From positions 42,501-106,500 of the forward strand of contig JAYFRF010000006.1 of assembly GCA_034926225.1 (NCBI GenBank): 64,000 nucleotides of DNA, read 5' to 3'. Each line of letters opens with the position of its first letter. Position 1 is the first letter of the stretch. A model generated the notes under the pieces. It had not been told where the DNA came from and ran no database searches. It saw nothing but the letters and a program-made list of their open reading frames with translations. Below, in pieces: positions 20,535 through 28,795 of this stretch. The position numbers and the translations under genes are program-made. This DNA is from Clostridiaceae bacterium. Its GTDB lineage: Bacteria; Bacillota; Clostridia; Oscillospirales; QAMX01.

Positions 20535-20550
20535 CGTTCTCCTTTTTCCC

Positions 20551-21465
20551 TTAGACGCGCTCGGAGACGATATAGCGGGCGCGGCCTTTGACCTCGTCGT
20601 AGACGCGGGAAACGTATGCGCCGAGGATGCCGACGGAGAGAAGGATACAGCCCGCGGCGAGGAGGACGGTTAAAATCACCCACTGGGTACCGGTGACGCC
20701 GGTACGCATACAGGCGCGGACGATCATGACGACGGCGTCGGCAAAGGCGCCGAGGAAGCTTAAAAACGCCGTCAGGAAGGCGATATAGAGGGGGGCTGCG
20801 GTGTTTGACACGATGGCGTTGAAGGCGAGCTTTAAAAGCCGCTTTGTGGAGAAGCGGGAGGTGCCGTCGTCACGGTCATCGACCGAGAAGGGGAAATTGA
20901 CACGCTTAAAGCCGACGTAATCGACGATGGAACGGAAGAAGCGGTTACCTTCGGTCATTTTACGGATTTCGTCGACGACGGGGCGCCGCAGGAGCTTAAA
21001 ATCGGAGGAATTGTCGAGGTCAAGTCCGGTAGCGGCTTTGAGAATGCCATAGAACCCCTTGGCGAGCAGCTTTGATCGCAGGGTTTCGTTACCGCGATAC
21101 TCCTTAACGCCGTCGACGATATCGGCGTCGGAGGCTTCTAGCAGGTCGAGCATTCCGCGCACGCTGCGCGGGGGATGCTGGAGATCGGAGTCCATCACAA
21201 GGTAAATCTCGTCGTCGATCGCGTCAAGACCCGCGGAAATCGCGGTTTCCTTCCCGAAGTTCCGGGAGAAGCGGATACCGCCGACGTTTGGCATCTCGGC
21301 ATGCAGCTTTCGGACAACCGACCATGTGGAATCGCGGGAGCCGTCGTCGACGAGCATAAAGCGCGCCGCGATGCCGTCGGCCTTTAAAATACGATCGATT
21401 TGGGTAATATGTGCGTAAAGCCCTTTTTCCTCATTAAAGACCGGTATCACAACGGCCAGAGCCAT
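20551..21465 (-). CDS. GtrB-like glycosyltransferase family 2
   Basis: VIPVFNEE, VDDGSRD, FSRNFGKE, MDSDLQHP, two C-terminal TM helices. Confidence 0.92.
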   Translation of the reverse strand: MALAVVIPVFNEEKGLYAHITQIDRILKADGIAARFMLVDDGSRDSTWSVVRKLHAEMPNVGGIRFSRNFGKETAISAGLDAIDDEIYLVMDSDLQHPPRSVRGMLDLLEASDADIVDGVKEYRGNETLRSKLLAKGFYGILKAATGLDLDNSSDFKLLRRPVVDEIRKMTEGNRFFRSIVDYVGFKRVNFPFSVDDRDDGTSRFSTKRLLKLAFNAIVSNTAAPLYIAFLTAFLSFLGAFADAVVMIVRACMRTGVTGTQWVILTVLLAAGCILLSVGILGAYVSRVYDEVKGRARYIVSERV

Positions 21466-21719
21466 ATGGCTGCGCCCCTTTCGCCTGCATATACTAACGC
21501 TTTTTATTATACCCTATCGGACGATAAAAAGCAAGAAAAGTTTCCCGAAATTCAAATGTTCGGCCGATGAACCTCCCGTACGCAAGCGTGTCTTTTTTCC
21601 CCCTTTCCTCAAAAACTTTCATTTCCCGAGAAAAAGCTCTTGACAAACACCCCCGCGCCGTGTATAATAGCATTCGTGACCTGTGAGGACAGCCTAAAAA
21701 GCGCTTGCAGAAAGGATAC

Positions 21720-21796
21720 GGCCCGGTAGTTCAGCTGGTTAGAACGCTAGCCTGTCACGCTAGAGGTCATGGGTTCGAGCCCCATTCGGGTCGCCA
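21720..21796 (+). tRNA. tRNA-Asp (GTC)
   Basis: Cloverleaf, anticodon loop CTGTCAC, GGTTCGA, 3' CCA; upstream TTGACA/TATAAT promoter. Confidence 0.97.
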
Positions 21797-21801
21797 TATT
21801 T

Positions 21802-21877
21802 GCTGTTGTAGCTCAGTCGGCAGAGCGCGTCCTTGGTAAGGACGAGGTCGGGAGTTCGAATCTCCCCAACAGCTCCA
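21802..21877 (+). tRNA. tRNA-Thr (GGT)
   Basis: Cloverleaf, anticodon loop TTGGTAA, TTCGAAT, 3' CCA. Confidence 0.97.
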
Positions 21878-21902
21878 CCGCTTTCCCCGTAGGAAAGTAT
21901 TG

Positions 21903-21939
21903 AAAGACCGCGTATACGATGAGTATGCGCGGTCTTTTT
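21903..21939 (+). terminator. Terminator after tRNA-Asp/Thr
   Basis: AAAGACCGCGTATAC...GTATGCGCGGTCTTTTT. Confidence 0.8.
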
Positions 21940-21989
21940 GGTTTATTTTGTTCCATTATTATAAGCCAGTCTTTTGAGAATAACACACT

Positions 21990-22130
21990 TACCCGTTTTT
22001 TTGTTTCCGGCAGTATTATATCGTCGACCCGATCGGCGGTCATTTCCAGGTTACCCTCCATTTCATGGTTGTAAGTACCATAGCTGTCCATATCCACCGT
22101 GTGGCCAATCAATGGCTTCAGGTCGTGTAA
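21990..22130 (-). pseudogene. Tyrosine integrase C-terminal remnant
   Basis: LKPLIGHTVDMDSYGTYNHE resembles the xGH...Y box II; points toward tRNA-Thr 3' end. Confidence 0.6.
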
Positions 22131-22266
22131 TATAGATGCATCAAGACACGGGCGGTGCGTTAAGAAGAAGGACGGGAACATGAGCCGGCGCTGATAAAGA
22201 AGCCTTGATAATTTTACGGAGTATGCTATAATATAAAAATAATTGACAGGTTGAGAGGACTTCTTA

Positions 22267-23748
22267 ATGGATGTTTCGTTAAATGGAGCGGAAGCAATAT
22301 TTCGCACGTCTTTTTCTCAGAACTATGATCTTTTACAGATATTTCACGGCCTAAAAAATGGGTATCTCGGTGCTAATAATCCGGTGGATTTCCGAGCGGC
22401 GGGACTGCAAAAAAAAGGCTGCCGCGATATCTGGCATATGGATGTCGTACTGGCGTTTTCGACAGACGAGGTATCGCCCCAGGTAATAGGCGGCGTTGAT
22501 ATCGGCGGGAATCATTCGCAGGATTGCGCGGTACGGGTATGGGTACCCGGTCATGCTATGGATACGGGGGATATTGGTTCACTTTGGCGGGATGAGAGCG
22601 GTATCTATTGGACATGCCTTCGAATAGAAAACCGGGAAAGTATGCTTTTTGTATCAGAAAACATCGGCGCATCCAAGGAAGACTATGCTTTTGCACAAAA
22701 AATCGAAGGCAGCCTTACTTACATCAGTGATGGAAATCATGTTATGGAGATTATGCCGGTAAAGCAAACGGGTTGCGTGTCAATGCATCGTTCCATCCGG
22801 CATACAAAGCGGGAGCTTTCCTGCTGGAAGGACGGACAGCGTCAGAATATTATCGGTTATCATACCGATGTTTCCTTTGCGAAGATCACGGAGGAATATG
22901 AAATTATCAATCCCGCGACGGTAGGAGAGACGCTGCGAAAAAACCGTCCGTTAGGCGGGTATCGTACGGAGCAGGATTTGGCGATCGGAGAAGCGATGTT
23001 CCACTTTTGCGCGGTTTATAGCATTGCGGACGATGGGACGGTGTTGGTGGATTTTGATCACCAGCGGATGCAGAACGTCCGCTGGGAATCATATTTAGGC
23101 GTGATGTATCAGGAAAAGTGCGATGTGTATGGCGGAGGTATCTGGCGGTATATTCCCAAAACGCGGCCTTTTATCGATCACGGTACGACCTATGACTTTT
23201 CCCATCCGCATAATACGTCAGAGGAACCGTTCCCTAAAAAGTTCCGGATTACACCGGAATATTGGGCGGATCCGGATAATCCGCCCGACCGGCAGATCGA
23301 TTTTATTCGTAAGCCTGAGTCGGAGGAAGCATTCGCGTTTGTCGGGGGGTACCTGCCATTATATGATGGGGCACCTGTACGCCGGAAAGCAAATATAACG
23401 GATGCGGTATGTCTGGTTGACTCGAGGAAAACGTATCCGGCATTTATCGGCGGTTCCGTTATAGATGCGGCAACAAGGAGCGGCCCAACATTTACAAAAG
23501 CGCATGGCGTCGCATATCGGAAATATTATCCTTCGGGCACACGCTTTTCCGCTTATACGGTGGACTACGACGGCATCACCTACCTGTACGTAGATCTGTT
23601 CGAGCAGTGCAGTGCAGAGATCCCGATTTTAAACGGCTGTCGCGCGGAGATACGGGAGATCAGCGCCACGCTCACATGGGAACAGCATGGAGAGACTTTG
23701 ACAATTACCGGACAGAAGGGATATGCGGTTTTTACGATCAAGTCATAA
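22267..23748 (+). CDS. Hypothetical protein (493 aa, beta-rich), island cargo
   Basis: Long ORF with GAGG RBS; AT-richer than core. Confidence 0.8.
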   Translation: MDVSLNGAEAIFRTSFSQNYDLLQIFHGLKNGYLGANNPVDFRAAGLQKKGCRDIWHMDVVLAFSTDEVSPQVIGGVDIGGNHSQDCAVRVWVPGHAMDTGDIGSLWRDESGIYWTCLRIENRESMLFVSENIGASKEDYAFAQKIEGSLTYISDGNHVMEIMPVKQTGCVSMHRSIRHTKRELSCWKDGQRQNIIGYHTDVSFAKITEEYEIINPATVGETLRKNRPLGGYRTEQDLAIGEAMFHFCAVYSIADDGTVLVDFDHQRMQNVRWESYLGVMYQEKCDVYGGGIWRYIPKTRPFIDHGTTYDFSHPHNTSEEPFPKKFRITPEYWADPDNPPDRQIDFIRKPESEEAFAFVGGYLPLYDGAPVRRKANITDAVCLVDSRKTYPAFIGGSVIDAATRSGPTFTKAHGVAYRKYYPSGTRFSAYTVDYDGITYLYVDLFEQCSAEIPILNGCRAEIREISATLTWEQHGETLTITGQKGYAVFTIKS

Positions 23749-23776
23749 AAGGGAACGCAGATCCCGTGGTGTGCAT

Positions 23777-23796
23777 ATTTATCAGAGGTTCCCTAA
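23777..23796. mobile_element. Solo IS5-type terminal inverted repeat
   Basis: ATTTATCAGAGGTTCC + CTAA, matching the ends of the element at 33920-34096. Confidence 0.55.
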
Positions 23797-24264
23797 TCGG
23801 AAAAAGTCCGGAAGACTTTTGCGGTATTCTGTGCTATACTGGTATCGTGAAAAAACTGAAAGCTGGTGAGCGTCGACATCCCATCGGATTTGAAACCAAT
23901 GCGGAATATGCCGACGCAGCCGAAAAACGCATACTGTCAGCTCATGAAAGCCTTGCCGAGTGATCGGCGGGGCTTTTATTATAGGGTAAAGCTCAAAAAA
24001 AAGCAAAGGAGCGAGAAATAATCCCCCGCTCACTTTGCTTGTGCTCAAATAAAGAGCTTATTATACACTACTGCGTATTGTCTTCTCTTCAGAACACATA
24101 TCTATTATGACCGTTGTACCGCTCTTTATGCATCATTGTGTTAATACATTATTTGGCGGGGCTTGATTATACTCGTAGAAAGAAGGTGGCAGCTTGATTA
24201 AACTTAAGGGAAAACAAAAATAGTTTGTCGAAGTATATTTAATTGATTTAAACGCAAAACCACC

Positions 24265-25191
24265 CTATGACAACGCCTTTCTCAACGGTTCACAAAAGCA
24301 GTCAGTGTCTATGTTATATTTGATCAAAAAGCTTCTGCAGACGCATTCCCACAAGCTGTCGGGAATGTCGCCACAATCTATACCATGCTCCCTTTTTACA
24401 TCTTTCGCATGTTTGAAAAGTAAATGGAGGAACTCCGACCCTGCCTTTTGTCCGGGATATGTTTGCATTGTCAACACAAGCGCCATCCAAAAAGCCGTGT
24501 CGAAGCAGTCGCACATACCGCTTTTAGCAAGCGTGTTTAAAAGCAGCTTGCCTTGATAGGGCACGCTTATGTGTCTGACGTCGATACTGCCGTTATCCTC
24601 TGTGAGCAAGGCGTAATCAGCGACGAACGCGCCGGACGCGTTGACGCCAACAGAACCGGGATTGATGAACAGCTTCTGTCCGAAGGACACGCAGCTTGGA
24701 AAATGGACATGTCCGCAGACATAAATATCCTGAGGTATCGCCCTCATAGTCTCCGCTACTGTCTCACGGTTTATATCCGGATGAAAACAGCGATATTGGT
24801 TCGACGGTGAATGGTGACTCGCAAGCAGTGTGAACTGTCCTATTTTTAGTTCGATCTCGCTTGGTAATAATTGCAGATACCCAATTTCAGAAACGGAAAG
24901 GTGTTCATAAACATGTCGGAGCGCCGCAAATTGTCTCAAGTGCAGGCTACCTTTGATCTCTTCATATGTTACCGCCATGTTATCCCGGTTTCCGGCCACA
25001 ACATTGTGCGTAAGCTTTTCGGTACGTTTGATAACTTCCGTGCTTTGCGGCCAATCGGAGATCAAGTCGCCGCAAATCACATAATCACTCGCGCCGCGCG
25101 CAGCGGCATCATCAACCACCGCTTCGAACGCCGTATCATTGCCGTGTATATCGGCAAGCAGCGCGATCCTTCGACAGCTATTATTTATCAT
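24265..25191 (-). CDS. Metallophosphoesterase (YfcE/calcineurin-like)
   Basis: DIHGN, GDL, GNRD, GHVH, INPGSVG. Confidence 0.9.
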   Translation of the reverse strand: MINNSCRRIALLADIHGNDTAFEAVVDDAAARGASDYVICGDLISDWPQSTEVIKRTEKLTHNVVAGNRDNMAVTYEEIKGSLHLRQFAALRHVYEHLSVSEIGYLQLLPSEIELKIGQFTLLASHHSPSNQYRCFHPDINRETVAETMRAIPQDIYVCGHVHFPSCVSFGQKLFINPGSVGVNASGAFVADYALLTEDNGSIDVRHISVPYQGKLLLNTLAKSGMCDCFDTAFWMALVLTMQTYPGQKAGSEFLHLLFKHAKDVKREHGIDCGDIPDSLWECVCRSFLIKYNIDTDCFCEPLRKALS

Positions 25192-25702
25192 GCAACACTC
25201 CCTATAGTGATAAAAATTTAAAATCAGGAGATGGTTCAGTTGAATCGATCTATCTTTGACTCTATTATGATTCGAGCTGTTTAGTAAAATAATTAACGGG
25301 AAAAGGTTAAGCTGATAAACTGCATTTCCCTTTGGACAATTAAATACCAGCTTATAATAGGCAGGGTTCTTCGATTGAGCCCCTGCCTATTAACTTATAT
25401 CACCTATCACAAAGCTCAAAGAACCTTTTACCCTAATATTACCATCGGCTTTAACTAATATCAACAAAAATAAGAACTGAGAGACGACGCCGACGGCTGC
25501 ATAAACATGCCGCATGAGGTGGCAAGAGGGAACGTAGTCAACCGCAGGGTGAGGGCGGTACAAGGGCATTGGGATCCCGCTTTATGCTGCCCTTTGTCCC
25601 ATTGCCTTCACAAAAAAACTGTGTTATAATACATGAGTCTGTTGCAGCGCTTAAAGCTTTGACCCACTCAAAATACAAAATCTAATAAAGGGTGGTTTCA
25701 AT

Positions 25703-26686
25703 ATGTCTATAAAATTGATTTCCCAAATCCCAGTGCGCCAGCTTATCTATAACATGCAGGGACAAAACTACTGGTTTAACGGCTGTATGGAATTTCTAAT
25801 GGAATGCTTGGGAGAAGATAAAGCTTATGACTATTGGTTTTTTTCCGGTGTTACAGGCGATAGTTTTATACAGATGTACAGTAAAAATCCGGAAAATATG
25901 GTTCTATGCTATTCTCACAACATGACCGACCTAGTACTTAAAAAAGCGTTTGACGCATGTGGATATAATTATAATTACTACAAAGACATCAATAACGATA
26001 ATCGAGAAGCCCTTGACCAGCGAATACGCAAATATATCGACCATAACACCCCGGTAATTGCGCGCGTAAATGATGCATTTCATTCTCTTGCTATCATCTG
26101 CGGTTATGATAATAACGATTTTTACTATATTTTGGGCGAGGAAAAAGAACCAAAACCTTATCGCTATGATGAGCTTATTTTTGTCACAGATAAAAAATCA
26201 AAACCATTATTAGCAGATGTGTACAGAAAGGCGGTCATGGATATACCATCGTATATATCGATGATAGAAACAAAGGATTATTCATTTGGGAAAAAAGCGT
26301 TTATGGATTGGGCGGAAAGCTTTCAAAATGGTATGTTCGATGCAATTTCTTCCGATAGTAAGATTTGGTATACGCATGCCAACCTTTATTTTTCTTGCTG
26401 GAATATGCATGGAACCTATCTTTGTATACTTGGTACCAACGGTTGTGCCGAAGGGTTTTTGCATGATGCTTTAGCAAAAAATCCTGACATGACGTTTATC
26501 AATGAATTGATTCCTTTATACATAACACAAAATAGAAACGGTTTTGATATTCTTATCCAGATGGAAAGTGGATTTAATATTAAACCTGAAGTTATTAAAA
26601 ACAAAAATCGAATGAGACCTATAAGCAATAAAATAATGGAGTTATCAAGATATTGCGACGAGATTCTTACTGTTTTTAAAAATTAG
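25703..26686 (+). CDS. Hypothetical protein, possible papain/C39-like (BtrH-N-like) fold
   Basis: AT-rich ORF; NGC near N-terminus and HSLAIICGYD motif. Confidence 0.7.
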   Translation: MSIKLISQIPVRQLIYNMQGQNYWFNGCMEFLMECLGEDKAYDYWFFSGVTGDSFIQMYSKNPENMVLCYSHNMTDLVLKKAFDACGYNYNYYKDINNDNREALDQRIRKYIDHNTPVIARVNDAFHSLAIICGYDNNDFYYILGEEKEPKPYRYDELIFVTDKKSKPLLADVYRKAVMDIPSYISMIETKDYSFGKKAFMDWAESFQNGMFDAISSDSKIWYTHANLYFSCWNMHGTYLCILGTNGCAEGFLHDALAKNPDMTFINELIPLYITQNRNGFDILIQMESGFNIKPEVIKNKNRMRPISNKIMELSRYCDEILTVFKN

Positions 26687-26726
26687 ATACCCACGCAGTA
26701 TAAGCTTAATCTTAGATGCGGCGGAG

Positions 26727-26768
26727 AAAAACAAAGGACGGCCTTGCCAAAGCAAAGCTGTCCTTTGT
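26727..26768 (-). terminator. Terminator (likely bidirectional)
   Basis: ACAAAGGACGGCCTTGC / GCAAAGCTGTCCTTTGT with T-run on minus strand. Confidence 0.75.
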
Positions 26769-26803
26769 CGATCACACGTTTATGTCTGCGTGAGGTCTGT
26801 CTC

Positions 26804-26884
26804 TTAGTAACAGAGACCGAAGTAATTGCACAGAAGCTGCCACATGGAAGAACAATTAAAGTTACTCAGTTTGAAGTTACACAT
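26804..26884 (-). CDS. Small Cys-rich peptide, 26 aa (MCNFKLSNFNCSSMWQLLCNYFGLCY)
   Basis: GGAGG RBS 8 nt before ATG, own SigA-like promoter and terminator. Confidence 0.7.
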   Translation of the reverse strand: MCNFKLSNFNCSSMWQLLCNYFGLCY

Positions 26885-26944
26885 TTCATTAGCCTCCATT
26901 ATAAAGTGTTTAGGATTGTTGTTCCGTCTCTCGAGGACAATTGA

Positions 26945-26984
26945 AGTATAGCACTTTTGTAACCACTTTGCAATGGTAATGTAA
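26945..26984 (-). promoter_or_regulatory. SigA promoter overlapped by three WalR/OmpR-like half sites
   Basis: TTGCAA-17-TATACT on minus strand; TGTAA/TGCAA/TGTAA at 26958, 26969, 26980 on plus (11-bp period). Confidence 0.65.
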
Positions 26985-27240
26985 GGATTACTTGATCTTA
27001 ACATTGAATTGGCCTGTTTTTGAAACTTTTTTACAGGTAATGAATGGATATGCTTATATAAGGTGAATTGCTGCGTATACGGCTAGCGGTATGCATCGGC
27101 GGAGGTCGTTCGTTTTGCCGGGATCCGCGCCGCGCTCGGTGGCGAATCCGGACGCTCGGACGCAGGTAAAAAGCGCCTGCTCATTAACATAGCAGGCGCT
27201 TTTATAGCTTACTTCTCCACTCCAGGGAAGCGGCTCGTAT

Positions 27241-27558
27241 TTATCTTTCGCGGAAGGTACGGCAGCTCGTTTCGCCGCTGGTGCAGGCATCGCTGCCGGT
27301 GATATCGACGGAAGAAGCGCAACAGCAGCCGTTGGAATTGTGGGCGCACTTCCAAGCGTCGCAGAGGACCTCACAGCGAGGATTGGGAGACTGGCTGATG
27401 GCGTTGTTGGTCATGCCGGGGACTTCCTGCTGAAAGGAGGAGCAGCAGGTATCCTTAGGCGCGCGGGCGTAAGAGCCGTCCACGCGGATTTCAGAGCGGC
27501 AACAGAAGCCGTCCCGGTAGGTCGCGCAGGTTTCGACACCGCATCGAAGCTGATTCAT
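27241..27558 (-). CDS. DUF1540 domain protein (two Cys-rich repeats)
   Basis: CGVETC...C...I.V.G...TCCSSF and CDAWKC.HN...C.A..VDITG...TSCRTF. Confidence 0.85.
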   Translation of the reverse strand: MNQLRCGVETCATYRDGFCCRSEIRVDGSYARAPKDTCCSSFQQEVPGMTNNAISQSPNPRCEVLCDAWKCAHNSNGCCCASSVDITGSDACTSGETSCRTFRER

Positions 27559-27612
27559 AAAAATGACCCTCTTTTCAAAGAATGCTGAAAGCGGTTCGTA
27601 TCCGCATACGGG

Positions 27613-27642
27613 CAGTATGCGCAGGCCTGTACCGCTTTATGC
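27613..27642 (-). promoter_or_regulatory. SigG/SigF-like forespore promoter
   Basis: GCATA-N18-CATACTG upstream of DUF1540. Confidence 0.5.
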
Positions 27643-27777
27643 GTTTTTCAGGCGTGAATAACAGCGAAACTATCCAAACGGGCGCGGGTTTTTACGTCAT
27701 TTTTGCGTAAAGATGGCGCTTGACTTTTTGGAGGAATCGGGGTATACTACATATATAATTGAATATCATTTAAAATG

Positions 27778-28075
27778 GCGATGAGAAAGAAGAGTACGCC
27801 CGACAGGGCACCGCATGACAGAGAGCTTCCGGCAGCTGAAAAGGAAGCATGGTGCAGCTGTAGGCGCGGAACATGGTCTTTTGAGCCGCGCACCGACCGC
27901 CGCGAATCCGTCGCGGCACAGGCTGCGACGCACGCGCTCCGTCAAAGGCGCAGGGTATGGATTCGTACCTGATAAGGCTGTTTTCCGCGTGAGCGGACGG
28001 CGAACTGGGGTGGTACCACGGGCTGCGCGCTCGTCCCCGAAATGTAAAGTTTCGGCGGCGAGGGTGTTTTTTTAT
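27778..28075 (+). promoter_or_regulatory. T-box riboswitch, Met specifier (ATG at 27873)
   Basis: GCGATGA, AGTA loop E, AGAGAG and GCTGAAA motifs, GAACATG specifier, AACTGGGGTGGTACCACG T-box, terminator with T-run; promoter TTGACT-17-TATACT at 27720/27743. Confidence 0.93.
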
Positions 28076-28121
28076 TGTCCGAGCACCCGCGACCCCGCCA
28101 GTTTAAAAGAGGGATTTGACC

Positions 28122-28646
28122 ATGACACATATCTTCTATAACGGCACCTACTCCGCCTCCGACGCAAAGCTCCGCTACCGCCGCATGGCAGGTAAGTCCG
28201 CTGCCGACATCCGGACGCCGCCGACGCAGGACGCGCGGTGTATCGGGGATGAATTTTTACGCTTTTACGGCCGGACGATGGATCTGGCGCTTCGCTATAC
28301 GGGCGGACGCGTACCGGCGGGGGTGCTGGATGGCGCGTTTGCGATGAAGATCGCGGGGCTGTTCGCGCCGGTCGGCCGCGCCATAGACGAGAGCCGCATG
28401 AGCGACGCGCTGGACACGCTGGAGGCACATGCGCAGGCGGCGAATCTGTGGCTGGACACCGCGCTGAAGAAGCCGGAGCCGTATGTGCAAACGATTTACA
28501 ACGCCGTGCAGGTAGCCGTGAACCTCGCGCTCCTATACGAGCCGTTTCTGCCGCGAACCGCCGAGCGGCTGCGCGAGCGGCTGGGCTTTTCCACCTCATG
28601 GCAGTTCTCCTCCATCCCTGCCGGAACGATCCTGGTCACAAAATAG
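28122..28646 (+). CDS. Internally deleted MetRS2 derivative: stand-alone anticodon-binding helical domain (no HIGH/KMSKS)
   Basis: RT...YTGGRVPAG..D, TIYNAVQ..NLALLYEPFLP..AERLR..LG match the MetRS C-terminal bundle; DAKLRYRRMAG resembles the N-terminal DxxARY motif; under a Met T-box. Confidence 0.8.
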   Translation: MTHIFYNGTYSASDAKLRYRRMAGKSAADIRTPPTQDARCIGDEFLRFYGRTMDLALRYTGGRVPAGVLDGAFAMKIAGLFAPVGRAIDESRMSDALDTLEAHAQAANLWLDTALKKPEPYVQTIYNAVQVAVNLALLYEPFLPRTAERLRERLGFSTSWQFSSIPAGTILVTK

Positions 28647-28795
28647 GTATTTTTGTCAAACAGCCTCTCTATATGAAGGATTACACAGTCTGTTTAAATA
28701 TAAATTTGACAAAAAGCTGTGTCGGCAAGCACTTGCGTCATGCCATCATTCGTGGTATAATATAACCTATATATAAACACGAAGGACGTGACGAC

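Noticed and set aside
21813-22307. 164-aa minus-strand ORF as an intact gene
   Set aside because: Overlaps tRNA-Thr and the next gene's start; only the central integrase-like segment looks meaningful
26700-27100. attR copy of the tRNA-Thr or tRNA-Asp 3' end closing the first island
   Set aside because: No match to the tRNA 3' ends found by eye
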